A stretch of DNA of 64,000 nucleotides from Candidatus Eiseniibacteriota bacterium (GCA_963783375.1 CAWANH010000028.1:1216001-1280000), one strand, 5' to 3'; positions 11,001 through 21,678 are shown, numbered from the stretch's first letter. A program made the numbers and translations. The notes: generated by a model from the sequence alone, not told the origin.

Positions 11001-13937
11001 CTCCCCGGGTCGGGCTCGATCCTGCTTCCCGCCTTCTCGGCGACGCACTCGCTGGCGCTTTCCCGGGACGACTCCCGGCTCTACGCGCAGGGGCCGGGAT
11101 CGACGATCCTCGCCCTGGACGTGACCCAGGCCGACGGCCTGCAGCTGGTCTCCGGGGACGGACAGGTCGGCGTGGCCGGTGAGCCCCTGCCCGCGCCGCT
11201 GGTGACCCGGGTGGTCGGCGCGGATCCGGAAGGGACCCTGGTCACCTACCAGGCAACCCCCACCTCCGGGGACTTCGGATATCCGGACCAGCTGGCCTAC
11301 ACCGCCGCGGACGCCAACGGGCTCGCCCAGGCGACGTATACCACCGGCCCCGGAAGCACCCTGGCGGACACCGTGACGGTCCGGACGGTGGGTGGCGGAG
11401 TCAATTTCCTGATTCCGGTGCTTCCCGACACCAGCCTGGCTCCGCCCCAGATCGTTTCGGTATTCCCGAATCCGGCCGCGCCGGGCACGCCGGGGGTCAA
11501 CACCTACATCGCGGTGGACTTCTCCAAGTCCATCGATCCGGCCTCGGTGAGCTCCTCCACCTTCGCGGTCCGCCCCGCCGGTGGGAGCGCCCTGACCGGG
11601 ATCTACACCTACGCCAACCGGGGCCGCCGGGTGGTGTTCAAGTCGAGCGCGCCCCTCGCCTACAGCAGCGCCTACGAGTTCGAGTTGACCTTGGGGCTCC
11701 GCGACTACAACGGGAACAACCTGACGAACCCGGGTACCTATCCCTTCACCACCGCCGCCCCGGCCCCGCCGGTGCTCTTCGCGGCGGATGCCCCCGCCGC
11801 CCGGGCGGGATACCGGATCGTGCTCTCCGGGTCCGGCTTCGCCCCCGTGGCCGGAAACAACACCGTCCTCTTCGGCGCGGTGTCCGCGGTCCCGGTCCAG
11901 GCCGACCCCGGGGCGCTCCTGCTGGGCGTGCCCCTGGGCGCGGTCTCCGGACCGATCCGGGTGGTGGCGGGGTCCGACACCTCGAACGCGATCCCCTTCA
12001 CCGTGCTCGCCCCGGTGTCCGCCCCGGTGAACGAGGTGGTGGCCAGCGTGGACGTTCCGGTGAGTGGACAGCAGATCGCGGTGACCCCGGACGGAAGCCG
12101 GGCCTACATGACCGCGCCCTCGGCGGACGCGGTGGTGCCCCTGGTGATCGGCGACCGGGTCTCCGAGCCCCAGGTTCCGGTAGGTCAGCACCCCTTCGGG
12201 GTCACGACCTCCCCCAGCGGCGACCGGGTCTACGCGAGCAACTTCCTCTCCAACACGATCTCGGTGATCGATGCGGTGCCTTCCCACCCCTCGTTCCACC
12301 GGGTGATCGCCACCATCCCCACCGGTCTCCAGCCTTCGGGGATCGCCGCCCATCCCGACGGCCGGACCCTCTACGTGTCCAACTACGGGGACAGCACCCT
12401 GAGCGTGCTCGACACCGACAGCACCAGCGCCTCGGTCTACTCGGCCAGGGCGTCGGCCCCGTTGGACGGATCCACCCAGTCGGTGGTGGTGACCCCCGAC
12501 GGGGGACGGGTGGTGGTGGGAACGAGCAACGGGCTGATCATCCTCGACGCCGGCGACCTCACCGCCAGGGCTGCGGCCCCGATCGACGGGGGCAGCCAGT
12601 CGGTGGTGGTGACGCCGGACGGCGGGTTGGCGGTGGTCCTCACCACCACCCACCAGCTGGTCCTGGTGGACATCATCCCCGGGAGTCCCACCGAGGGCCA
12701 GGCCAAGGCGGCGGCGCCGGTGGACGGGAGCAGCCAGTCGGTGGTGGTCTCCCCCGACGGCGCGTTCGTCTACGTCACATCCTCGAGCGGCTTCGTCGCC
12801 GTCTACCAGATCGTGCAGACCGGCGGGGCGGCGGCCCGGGCGGACGGGGTGAGCTCCGGGCTCTCCCTGGTGTTCGTGAGCCAGATACAGGTCGGGGAGA
12901 ACCCCACCGGGTTGACCTTCGATCCTTCCGGCTCCGGGCTCCTCCTGGTGGTGAACTCCGGGTCCAAGACCGTGAGCTTCATCAACGTCAGCGCGACCCT
13001 GAGCCGCGTGGTGGCGACGTCGAACGTGACCCCGAACACGCTGAACCTGAACTCGAACGGGAAATACGTCAAAGCGTCCCTCCAGTTCCCCGATCCCTAC
13101 ACCCCGGACCAGGTGGCGCTTTCCAGCTGCCGGCTCGAGGGGGTCGTGGAACCGGACACCGCCAAGGCCTCGATCGGCGATTTCAACGGGGACGGGGTGC
13201 CCGAGCTGTCGCTCAAGTTCGGCCGGCAGGCGCTCTTCGATGTCCTCCAGCCGGGACAGGAGGTCCCGGTCACGGTGACCGGGCTCGTGGCCGGCCATCC
13301 GTTCACCGCCACCGACACCGTCCGGGTGCTTCGGCCCCACATGGTGAAGCCGAAGAAGAACGACGTGCTGGTGGCCGGGGCGGAAACCGAGATCCGCTGG
13401 CTGCCGTCCCCGGACGGGCCGTTCGACCACGTGGACCTCTACTGGAGTTCGGACAACGGGGCGAGCTGGGACACCGTGGTGGTGGGGACCCCGGACGATT
13501 CGTCCTATGCCTGGACCGCTCCCGAGGTCGAGTCCACGGCGTGCCTGCTCATGGTGGTGGAGTTCAACGCCAAGGGGAAAGTGATGGGGATCGAGCTCAC
13601 CGCCGACCCCTTCGTCATCGCCCACATCACCGGAGAGGGTCCGCGGGAGATCCCGGCGCGGTTCGCGCTGCTTCCCGCCGCCCCCAACCCGTTCCGATCC
13701 TCGACCCGGATCGCCTTCGATCTGCCGCGGGACGGAAAGGTCAGCCTCCGGGTCTACGGTCTCGACGGATCCCTGGTGCGGGTCCTGGCCGAGAACCGGC
13801 CGTTCCCCGCCGGAGAGCACGGGATCCAGTGGGACGGCGTGGACGAGAGCGGCCGCCGGGCGGCGAGCGGGGTCTATTTCGTGCGGATCCACGCCGGGAG
13901 CGAGCTCGCGGTGCGAAAGGTGATCCGCATCCAGTAG
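2065..13937 (+). CDS. Giant secreted multidomain protein (~3,957 aa if one G is restored at 9826-9832): 3x FG-GAP/ASPIC-UnbV modules, TolB/PD40 propeller, matrixin-type metalloprotease, Ig/IPT domains, YVTN-like propellers, C-terminal FlgD-Ig domain
   Basis: ORFs 2065-9861 and 9120-13937 join at a G7 run (YVYVITGG|GQKLQVFD); signal peptide; ~20 WGDYDNDGDLDLY repeats; WSPDG repeats; HEFGHFFGMSH plus STM Met-turn; PNPF...WDGVDESGRRAASGVYF tail. Confidence 0.85.
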
Positions 13938-14058
13938 GTGGTGGGAGCCGTACCGCCGCGGGCCGCGGTGGTACGGCGTCGCCCTCCGCATCCCGGCGCG
14001 CGATGGCGAACCGGGGCAAGGGGACGGCGTCGCCCTCCGCGACCGGTGGCCTTGCTGT

Positions 14059-14103
14059 GGGTCGGCCCGGGGATTAGTCTTCCCGGGGCCGGCCCCTTTT
14101 TTT
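14059..14103 (+). terminator. Intrinsic terminator after the giant gene
   Basis: GC-rich stem (ggtcggcccgggg...cccggggccggccc) followed by T7. Confidence 0.65.
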
Positions 14104-14118
14104 GCATCGGAGGAAGGC

Positions 14119-15917
14119 GTGTCCGAACGGAAAATCTCCCACTTCGAGCTGGAAACGCTCCTGGGAGAGGGCGCCATGGGTCGGGTCTATCGCGCCCGGG
14201 ACACCGTGCTGGACCGGCCGGTGGCGATCAAGCTCCTCTCCGCCCGCACCCTCGGCGACGCCTCGTTCCTGGAGCGCTTCCGCCGCGAGGCCCGGCTCGC
14301 CGCCCAGCTCAACCATCCGAACATCGCCACCATCTACGCCTTCGGGGAAGAGGGGGGCGAGGCCTACATCGCCATGGAGTTCGTGGAGGGGGAGGACCTG
14401 GGCGAGCGGTTGAAGCGCGACGGCCCGCTCCCGGTGGCCGACGTGCGCCGCTTCGGGCGCCAGGCCGCCTCGGCGCTGGCTGCCGCCCACGCCCGGGGCA
14501 TCGTCCACCGCGATATCAAGCCCCCGAACCTGATGATCACCCCCCAGGGCGACATCAAGGTCATGGACTTCGGAGTGGCCCGTCGCTCCGGGGACACCGA
14601 GCTCACCATGGCCGGGGCGCTGGTGGGGACGGCCAACATCATGGCCCCCGAGACCATCGAGGGTAGGGAGCCCACCCCGGCCTCGGACCTCTTCTCCCTG
14701 GGATGCGTTCTCTACGAATGTCTGGCCGGGCAACCCGCCTTCCCCGGCCGCGAGCTCATGACCGTCCTGAACCACGTGGTGAACCGCGAGCCGACTCCGG
14801 TGGAGCAGTTCCGGCCGGACACCCCGCCGGAGCTGGCCGCCCTGATCGCCGGCCTCCTGCGAAAGGACCCCGTGGCGCGGACCGGTCCCGCCCGGGAGGT
14901 GGAGCGGGCGCTCTCCGACGGAACCCTGTCCGGAGAGTGGAACGCGGGCGAGACCATGGCGATCGCCCCCGCCGGGGCCACGATGGTGCTCCCGACCGGA
15001 GCCGGGGCGACGGGGGCCCCGGGGTCGGAGGAGGGGGCGGCGACGTCCGAGCCGGGGGCGGCGGCATCCATCGAGACGGCCGGAGCCGGAACGGACTTCG
15101 GCGCGGTTCGCCGCGGGCGGCGCCTGCCCGCGATGTGGCTCTTCGTCATCCTCGCGGTCATGATCGCGGTGGGGGCGGGGGTCGTGTGGGTGGCGCTTCG
15201 CGGGGCGAGCCATGCGGGGGGGAACCGGGAGCTGGCGGTAACCCTGACCACCCAGGCGGTGAAGCTTGTCCAGAAGAACCCGGGTTCCGCCCCGATCCGC
15301 GACCAGGCCGAGGGCACCTATCGCGAGGCCATCGAAGCCGACTCCACCTACGCCGTTCCCCGGAACAACCTGGGCCGGATCCTCTTCGAGAAGGGGCAGG
15401 TGGACGAGGCGGTCACCCAGCTCCGGGCCGCCGTCCGTCTGGATCCCGAAAACGCCGCCGCCGAAGCCAACCTGGCCGACGCGCTGGAGGCCCAGGGGAA
15501 TCGGGACGCGGCGGAGACCGCCTATCGCGCGGCGGTCCGGCTCGACCGCGCGCACAAGGTGCCGGCGGCCCCCAACAACCTGGCCCTCCTCCTGATCGAG
15601 GGGGGAAGGGGGGGGAGGCCCTGGCCGTGCTCGAACAGGCCGAGAGCGACTACCCGGTCCTCGGCGGGTCCGCGGCGTTCTGGAAGAACTACGGCCTGGC
15701 GCTTCGAGCGTCGGGCCGGGAGGCGGGAGCGGACTCCGCGTTTGCCCGCGGGGCGGCCATCGACCCGGCCTATATTGCGGTCAAGGCGGGGGAGGCCGCC
15801 GACCGTGGGGACACCGGAGCGGCCCGGGCGCTCTGGCTCGCGGTCTCCGAGGCCTCGGACCCCGGGCAGGCGGCCCGGGCCCGGGAAGCGCTGAAACGAC
15901 TTGGGGATGCGCACTGA
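14119..15917 (+). CDS. Hanks-type Ser/Thr kinase with TM helix and C-terminal TPRs (frameshift in the G-runs at 15600-15615)
   Basis: GEGAMGRV, VAIK, HRDIKPPN, DFG, MAPE; TM WLFVILAVMIAVGAGVVWVAL; the TPR pattern continues in another frame (GEALAVLEQAE...REALKRLGDAH). Confidence 0.85.
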
Positions 15918-16044
15918 GAGGGGACAGGGTCCCCCCGACCGCGCCGCGGCTCGCACGGGATCGGGTCGCCTGTGGATTGAAGAAAATTCATGAGGGATGT
16001 AGTCTTTCCGCCGTTCCCGACGCCGTGCCCGAAAGGAGAGCCCC

Positions 16045-16941
16045 GTGAGACGACTCGGACGGATCGCCCTGTTCCTTGCCCTCCTCGTCTCGAGCGCCGC
16101 CGCCCCGGCCCTGGCCCAGCTCGAAGACAACCTCTCCGCGTATGCCGACGAGACGGCCAAGGGCTATCTCATGCCCCTGCAGGAGGCCTTCGGCCAGGCC
16201 CTGAACAGCAACTTCTACACCTCGGCCCACATCCCCCGGACGGGGCTCCGCTTCCGGGTGGAGATCCGGGCCATGTCGGTCCTGTTCAAGAACGCCGACG
16301 ACACGTTCACCGCCGCCACCGGCGGGGATTTCGAACCCCCACAGACGGTGGAAGCGCCTACCGTGGTCGGTTCCGGGCAGTCGGTTTCGGTGACGGGGGA
16401 CGGGGGGACCGAGTTCGTGTTTCCGGGGGGATTCGATCTCAGCTCGTTCACCATCGGGGTGCCGCAGATCACCGTCGGTTCGTTCGCGGGCACCGAGGCA
16501 TCGGTGCGCTGGATCGCCTTCGACACCGGCGACTCGGAGATCGGCAACATCTCCCTCTTCGGGATCGGCGTCCGACACAACATCTCCCAGTACCTGGTGG
16601 CCGCGCCGGTCGACCTGGCCGCGGGGGTGTACTACCAGAAGCTGAACGTGGGGGACGATCTCCTCAAAGCCAACTCGTTCACGGTGGGCGTCCAGGGAAG
16701 CCGGGACTTCGGCGCGATCACCCCCTACGGCGGCCTCTCCCTGGACACCTTCGCCTTGAAGGCCAACTACACCGCGACCGCGGGGTCGGTGGACCAGGAC
16801 GTCCACCTCGATTTCGGCTCCAGGAAGAGCCTCCACCTCGCGGCGGGGGTGGGGCTGAATCTGGGTGTGGTCCATCTGAACGTGGGCGGCGATATCTCGG
16901 ACCGGGTCGGCGTGAACGCCGGGCTCGCGGTCGGACTGTAG
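16045..16941 (+). CDS. Outer-membrane beta-barrel-like protein (DUF6588-like)
   Basis: Signal peptide; 'AKGYLMPLQEAFGQALNSN', 'VPQITVG', 'FGIGVRHNISQY'; amphipathic beta strands. Confidence 0.6.
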   Translation: MRRLGRIALFLALLVSSAAAPALAQLEDNLSAYADETAKGYLMPLQEAFGQALNSNFYTSAHIPRTGLRFRVEIRAMSVLFKNADDTFTAATGGDFEPPQTVEAPTVVGSGQSVSVTGDGGTEFVFPGGFDLSSFTIGVPQITVGSFAGTEASVRWIAFDTGDSEIGNISLFGIGVRHNISQYLVAAPVDLAAGVYYQKLNVGDDLLKANSFTVGVQGSRDFGAITPYGGLSLDTFALKANYTATAGSVDQDVHLDFGSRKSLHLAAGVGLNLGVVHLNVGGDISDRVGVNAGLAVGL

Positions 16942-16950
16942 GAGGCGGCC

Positions 16951-17562
16951 ATGAAACGAAGCATCGTAGTGCTCCTGGCGCTGACCGGCGCGCTGTTCTC
17001 GTTGACCGCGGACAGCTGCTTCCTCTCCACCAAGACGGTCGAGGTGCCGGTGCGGGGGAGCGGGGACCTGCTCTTCACCACCCAGGGGAACAACCCCGAC
17101 GACGCGGACAGCAAGCTCATCGACTTCGCCGGGCTCATCGAGGACCTGGAGAAGGAGAGCGACTTCGATGCCCTGGTGAGCGCCCACATCGAGAACGGCT
17201 ACTGGCGGGTGGCGCGAAACGGCGGCGCGGCCACCACCATCGTGCGCGGCTCGATCACCGTCCAGCGGGAGAGCTCGGCCGCCCCCGGCGTGTCGCTCAT
17301 CAGCTACACCGGCGTGGCGATCGCCTCGGTGCTGGGGGACTTCAAGGTGGCGCCCCTGAACAGCCAGGGGGTCGATCTCCTGAATCAGGGGTTCGACCAG
17401 TACCTCCAGGCCAGGGCCCTGGGCCAGCCTCTTCCCGATCTACGGTACCGATTCTTCTGGAACAGTCACTCCGACACCGTGCCGGTCGATTTCGACTGGG
17501 AGGGGAAGGTGAAGTTCACCCTGGTCGGGCTGACCAAGGTGGACGTGCCGGAGGTGTTGTAG
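16951..17562 (+). CDS. Putative lipoprotein
   Basis: MKR, hydrophobic stretch, then LTADS-C possible lipobox; GGAGG RBS; 9 bp after the upstream gene. Confidence 0.6.
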   Translation: MKRSIVVLLALTGALFSLTADSCFLSTKTVEVPVRGSGDLLFTTQGNNPDDADSKLIDFAGLIEDLEKESDFDALVSAHIENGYWRVARNGGAATTIVRGSITVQRESSAAPGVSLISYTGVAIASVLGDFKVAPLNSQGVDLLNQGFDQYLQARALGQPLPDLRYRFFWNSHSDTVPVDFDWEGKVKFTLVGLTKVDVPEVL

Positions 17563-17568
17563 GGGCGG

Positions 17569-19011
17569 TCACCCCTTCACCACCGCGATCGGCCGGAGGC
17601 GGGCGACCACCGCGCAGAGCCCCGCCGCCTCCACCGCCTCCACCACTCCGGCCACGTCCTTGTAGGCGTCGGAGATCTCCTCGGCCTCGGTTCGCCGGCT
17701 GGCCGAGCGCACCAGGATCCCACGCGCCGCCATCTCCCGCGCGATGGCCCGGCCCCCCGCCGCCTTCCGCGCCGCGGTCCGGCTCATCCGCCGCCCCGCC
17801 CCGTGGCAGCTCGATCCGAAGGTGTGGGTCATCGACCCCTCGCGCCCGACCAGGACGAAGCTGTAGCGCTCCATGTCCCCGGGAATGAGCACCGGCTGGC
17901 CCAGGTGGCGGTATTCCTCGGGAAGGTCGGGATGGCCGGGGGGGAAGGCGCGGGTGGCGCCCTTCCGGTGCACGCACACCCGGCGGCGCTTCCCGTCCAC
18001 GATGTGGGTTTCGATCTTGGCGATGTTGTGGGCGACCTCGTAGATCGTGCGCGCTCCCAGCGCCTCCGCCCGTCCGCCGAGGCCTCGCGCCAGGCCCTCC
18101 ACCGCCTTGGCGGCCAGGATCTGCCGATTGGCGAAGGCGAAGTTCACCGCCGCGTTCATCGCCTCCAGGTAGGCCTTCCCCTCGGCCGAGGCGATGGGCA
18201 CGCAGCAGAGCTGGGGATCGGGGACCCGGACCCCGTGACGGTGCATGGCCGGCTTCATCCGCTTCAGGGAATCCGTGCAGACCTGGTGGCCCAGGCCCCG
18301 GCTTCCGGAGTGGAGGATCAGCGTAACCCGCCCGGGTTCGAGCCCCAGGGCCCGCGCGGCCTCGGGTTCGAAGACCGCGTCCACCACCCCCAGCTCCAGG
18401 AAGTGGTTCCCCGAGCCCAGGGTCCCGAGCTGGTCCTTCCCGCGGGCCATGGCCTGGGGGCTCACCTCGGCGGGGTCGGCGCCCTCGATCCTCCCGCCCT
18501 CCTCGATGTGCCGAAGCTCGGACGCGGTTCCGAATCCCCGGTCCACCGCCCACCGGGCGCCGCCGGTGAGCACGCGCTTCATCTCGGCGGGGCCGGCCTT
18601 GACGTCGCCCCCCCGGCCCACCCCGCAGGGGATGGTCTCGAACAGGCGGTTCGCGATCTCCTCGAGTCGCGGGCGCACCTCGGGCTCGAAGAGGTCGAAG
18701 GCCAGAAGCCGCACCCCGCAGTTGATGTCGTAACCCACCCCTCCCGGGCTCACCACGCCCTCATCGAGATCGGTGGCGGCCACGCCGCCGATGGGGAAGC
18801 CGTACCCCATGTGCATGTCGGGCATGGCCCAGGCCGCGCCCAGGATGCCGGGGAGGGTGGCCACGTTCTGGAGCTGGCGGAGGGACTCCTGGTCTCCGCG
18901 GATGCTCGGGAGCAATTCCTCCGAGGCCACCAGCCGGGCGGGGACCCGCGCGTCGGGGCGGGCTTCCACCTCCCAGATGTTCCGCCCCGCGGAGCGAAGC
19001 TGGATCGACAT
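17569..19011 (-). CDS. rtcB: RtcB RNA 3'-phosphate/5'-OH ligase (archaeal/Thermus-type)
   Basis: MPDMHMGYGFPIGGV, GYDINCGVR, GSGNHFLE, HSGSRG, HNIAK, HRKGAT, SCHGAGR, AYKDV. Confidence 0.96.
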   Translation of the reverse strand: MSIQLRSAGRNIWEVEARPDARVPARLVASEELLPSIRGDQESLRQLQNVATLPGILGAAWAMPDMHMGYGFPIGGVAATDLDEGVVSPGGVGYDINCGVRLLAFDLFEPEVRPRLEEIANRLFETIPCGVGRGGDVKAGPAEMKRVLTGGARWAVDRGFGTASELRHIEEGGRIEGADPAEVSPQAMARGKDQLGTLGSGNHFLELGVVDAVFEPEAARALGLEPGRVTLILHSGSRGLGHQVCTDSLKRMKPAMHRHGVRVPDPQLCCVPIASAEGKAYLEAMNAAVNFAFANRQILAAKAVEGLARGLGGRAEALGARTIYEVAHNIAKIETHIVDGKRRRVCVHRKGATRAFPPGHPDLPEEYRHLGQPVLIPGDMERYSFVLVGREGSMTHTFGSSCHGAGRRMSRTAARKAAGGRAIAREMAARGILVRSASRRTEAEEISDAYKDVAGVVEAVEAAGLCAVVARLRPIAVVKG

Positions 19012-19081
19012 GCGCGCTCGCCTCCTCCACCCGTACCGGCCCTCGCGGCCCCCGCGGCCGCCGGGGCCGGCGGACCGGATC

Positions 19082-19507
19082 TCAAATGTCCAGGAGCACC
19101 CGCGCCTCCCATCCTCCGGGCGCCTCGCGGAGTTCGAGGTCGTGCCAGGTCACCGCCTTGACCTCGGTCCGGAGATCGTGGCGCGCGGGGTCGATCGGTT
19201 CGCCCCGGACCCGCGCCGAGAGCCGCGTGCCCTCGATCGCCACCTCGAACTCCCCGTACAGTTCCCCCTCGATCTGGTGGAGCGCGTTCAGTTCCTCCAG
19301 CCAATCGTGGAGGAGATCCGGCATCGACTCCGCCGCGAGCTCCACCCGGCGCTCCCGCTCCGGGCGGATCGACCCGGCCCCCGCGATGACCGCGAATAGG
19401 CCTCGGGCCATGTTGCGGAAGAGGTCGGGGAGATCACGGCCCCGGCCCCGCACCCCCACGTCCGCGGTGTGCTCCACGAACTCGAAGCCGGGATCCGCCT
19501 CGGTCAC
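19082..19507 (-). CDS. Archease
   Basis: EHTADVG N-terminus, EVKAVTWH and terminal LLDI signatures; directly upstream of rtcB. Confidence 0.93.
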   Translation of the reverse strand: MTEADPGFEFVEHTADVGVRGRGRDLPDLFRNMARGLFAVIAGAGSIRPERERRVELAAESMPDLLHDWLEELNALHQIEGELYGEFEVAIEGTRLSARVRGEPIDPARHDLRTEVKAVTWHDLELREAPGGWEARVLLDI

Positions 19508-19511
19508 CGCC

Positions 19512-21512
19512 CTACCGGCTTCCGGAAAGCCGCACCACCCGGATCGCCCGGGCCGAAGACGGGATCCGGAGAAAGTAGACTCCGGGAGCGAGCGAACGCC
19601 CCCGATCGTCCTCGCCGTTCCAGAGCAGGTCCCCGGAAGCGGCGGCGAGCGTCCGCACCCGGCGCCCGCGCACGTCGTAGATCTCCACCCGTTCGGGAGC
19701 CCCCTCCCCCGGAGCGCCGGAGACGTGGAGGGTCCGAGCGAAGGGATTGGGCCAGGCCTGAAGCGCCGCGACCGGCAGGGTGACCGGCGCCGAGGTGGTG
19801 GTGTTCTGGATGTGCTCGTCGAGGATCTTGTTGGCGGGGTCGACGACCACGCTCACCGGTTGGGCCGGGACCGGGAAGTCGAGCACGTCGTGGTCGGTCT
19901 CCACCCACCCGGTCACCGTGGTGTCCCCGGCGGTGGTGGTGACGGTGATCTCCAGCGGGAACCGGAAGAGGGTCGTGCCCTGGGTCTGGCGGAGGTCGAC
20001 CTGGGCGTGCCAGCCGTCGGGGAGATGAATCGGAACCAGGGCGTAGCTCAGGTGCGGGTGCCCGGTCCCGAGGAGCCACTGGTCGAAGAACCACCCCAGG
20101 GGCTGGCCGTGGCGGGCTTCCATCGCCGCCTGGAGGTCGGCGGTGGTGGCGTTTCCGAAGGCATGGGCGTTCAGGTAGTCCCGGATGGCCGCGTCATAGG
20201 CGCTCTCCCCGATCAGGTCGCGGAGCATCCGGAGCACCCAGGCCCCCTTGTAGTAGATGATCCCGCTGAAGGTCTGGGCCGGGGGCGGATCGAGGATGGG
20301 AAGATCGCCCCCCCCCGCCTCGATGTTGAACACCACGTTCTGGGCGTTCTGCATCCGGTCGTCGAATGTGGTCCCGCCGTAGAACTCCCCTTGCCAGACC
20401 GCCTCGTAGAAGGTGGCGAACCCCTCGTTCAGCCAGATGTCCTGCCAGCTCGCGCAGGTGACGAGGTCTCCGAACCACTGATGGGCGAGCTCGTGGGCCA
20501 CCACCCACTCGTAGTTGTACCCGCCGGTCACGATGGCGCTCCCCAGGAGCGTCGCGGTCTGGTGCTCCATTCCCCCGCCGAGGTTCGACTCGCACATCGA
20601 GTACTTGTCGAAGGGATAGGGGTGGAGGGTGCTGTCGTAGAACGCGACCATCTCGTCCACGTACTTGAAGGTGTTCCGGGCGGCGGTGGTGTGGGTGGGG
20701 TAGACGTACCAGGTCAGCGGGGTCACGGCCGAGGCCTGGGTGATCGTCGAATAGTCGGAGATCGAGGCGCACATGAGGTAGGTGGCCAGGGGATGGTTCT
20801 CGTGCCAGTGGTAGACGAGGTCGCTTCCCACGGTGACGGTGGAGTCCAGGACCCCGTTCGAGACCAGGATCTTCCCCGCCGGCACGCGGCCGTGCATGGC
20901 CAGGGTCGCCTTGTCCCACGGCTCATCCTGGCAGGGGAACCAGTGGCGGGCGTCCTGGGGCTCCACGAAGGTGTAGGCCACCTGGCTGTTCACGTAGTAC
21001 CCCGAGGTCACGGTGCCGCCGTAGTCGACCGCCACGGTGACGGTGTCGCCTCGAACCGGGGCGGGGACCACGGTGATGTCCAGACCGGTGGCATCCTGGG
21101 TGAAGGCGAGGGGGTTACCCTGGCCGTCCCGGACCGCGGCGGCGGCAATGCCCACGAGGTCCAGCCGGAGCACGTCGTCGGGATCGCTCCCCCAGACCAG
21201 GTTGAGGATGGCGGTGCCGTTCACGATCGGGTTCACCACGTCGAAGGTGACCGCGAGATCGTAGTGGAGAACGTCCACCGGGGGATCGGCCGCGGCCGGC
21301 GGCCAGTTCGAGAGCGGGTTCACCCCGCCGTGCTCCCACCGGGCGATATCGAAACCCTGGATGGAAAGCGGGGATCGGGTTCCCGGCAGGGGGGGGAAGA
21401 TGTCCTTGCCCGGAGTCGCCGGCCGCACGGGGGCTCCCGCGGTCCAGGCGACGCAGAAGATCGCCGCGACCGCCGTGCCGAGGAGGAGGGATAGCCAGGA
21501 GGTTCGATGCAT
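19512..21512 (-). CDS. M1-family aminopeptidase with C-terminal FlgD-Ig domain
   Basis: GGMEH, HELAHQWFG...WLNEGFA, YYKGAW; signal peptide; PNPF...WNGEDDRGRSLAPGVYF tail. Confidence 0.92.
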   Translation of the reverse strand: MHRTSWLSLLLGTAVAAIFCVAWTAGAPVRPATPGKDIFPPLPGTRSPLSIQGFDIARWEHGGVNPLSNWPPAAADPPVDVLHYDLAVTFDVVNPIVNGTAILNLVWGSDPDDVLRLDLVGIAAAAVRDGQGNPLAFTQDATGLDITVVPAPVRGDTVTVAVDYGGTVTSGYYVNSQVAYTFVEPQDARHWFPCQDEPWDKATLAMHGRVPAGKILVSNGVLDSTVTVGSDLVYHWHENHPLATYLMCASISDYSTITQASAVTPLTWYVYPTHTTAARNTFKYVDEMVAFYDSTLHPYPFDKYSMCESNLGGGMEHQTATLLGSAIVTGGYNYEWVVAHELAHQWFGDLVTCASWQDIWLNEGFATFYEAVWQGEFYGGTTFDDRMQNAQNVVFNIEAGGGDLPILDPPPAQTFSGIIYYKGAWVLRMLRDLIGESAYDAAIRDYLNAHAFGNATTADLQAAMEARHGQPLGWFFDQWLLGTGHPHLSYALVPIHLPDGWHAQVDLRQTQGTTLFRFPLEITVTTTAGDTTVTGWVETDHDVLDFPVPAQPVSVVVDPANKILDEHIQNTTTSAPVTLPVAALQAWPNPFARTLHVSGAPGEGAPERVEIYDVRGRRVRTLAAASGDLLWNGEDDRGRSLAPGVYFLRIPSSARAIRVVRLSGSR

Positions 21513-21678
21513 GGGAGGTTCCTCGAAGTAAGCCCGGGCCCGAGTCGCGTTCATTATAACCCAGAATCGGCCGGGCCCGACCCCGGGCCGGGCCGGCGCG
21601 CCCGGGCCTGGTTTCCCGGCGTCCTGCTAGAGTCATGCGGGATCCGACGCCCCCCCGGATCCCGGAAGGAGGAGTTTC

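Noticed and set aside
13973-14040. Two 17-bp repeats with a 34-bp spacer as a mini-CRISPR
   Set aside because: Only two short copies, no leader and no cas genes
1201-14177. Very long antisense ORFs (1117, 1318 and 1173 aa) and other overlapping alternative-frame ORFs across the window
   Set aside because: Shadow ORFs caused by high GC3 codon bias opposite real genes; no recognisable domains
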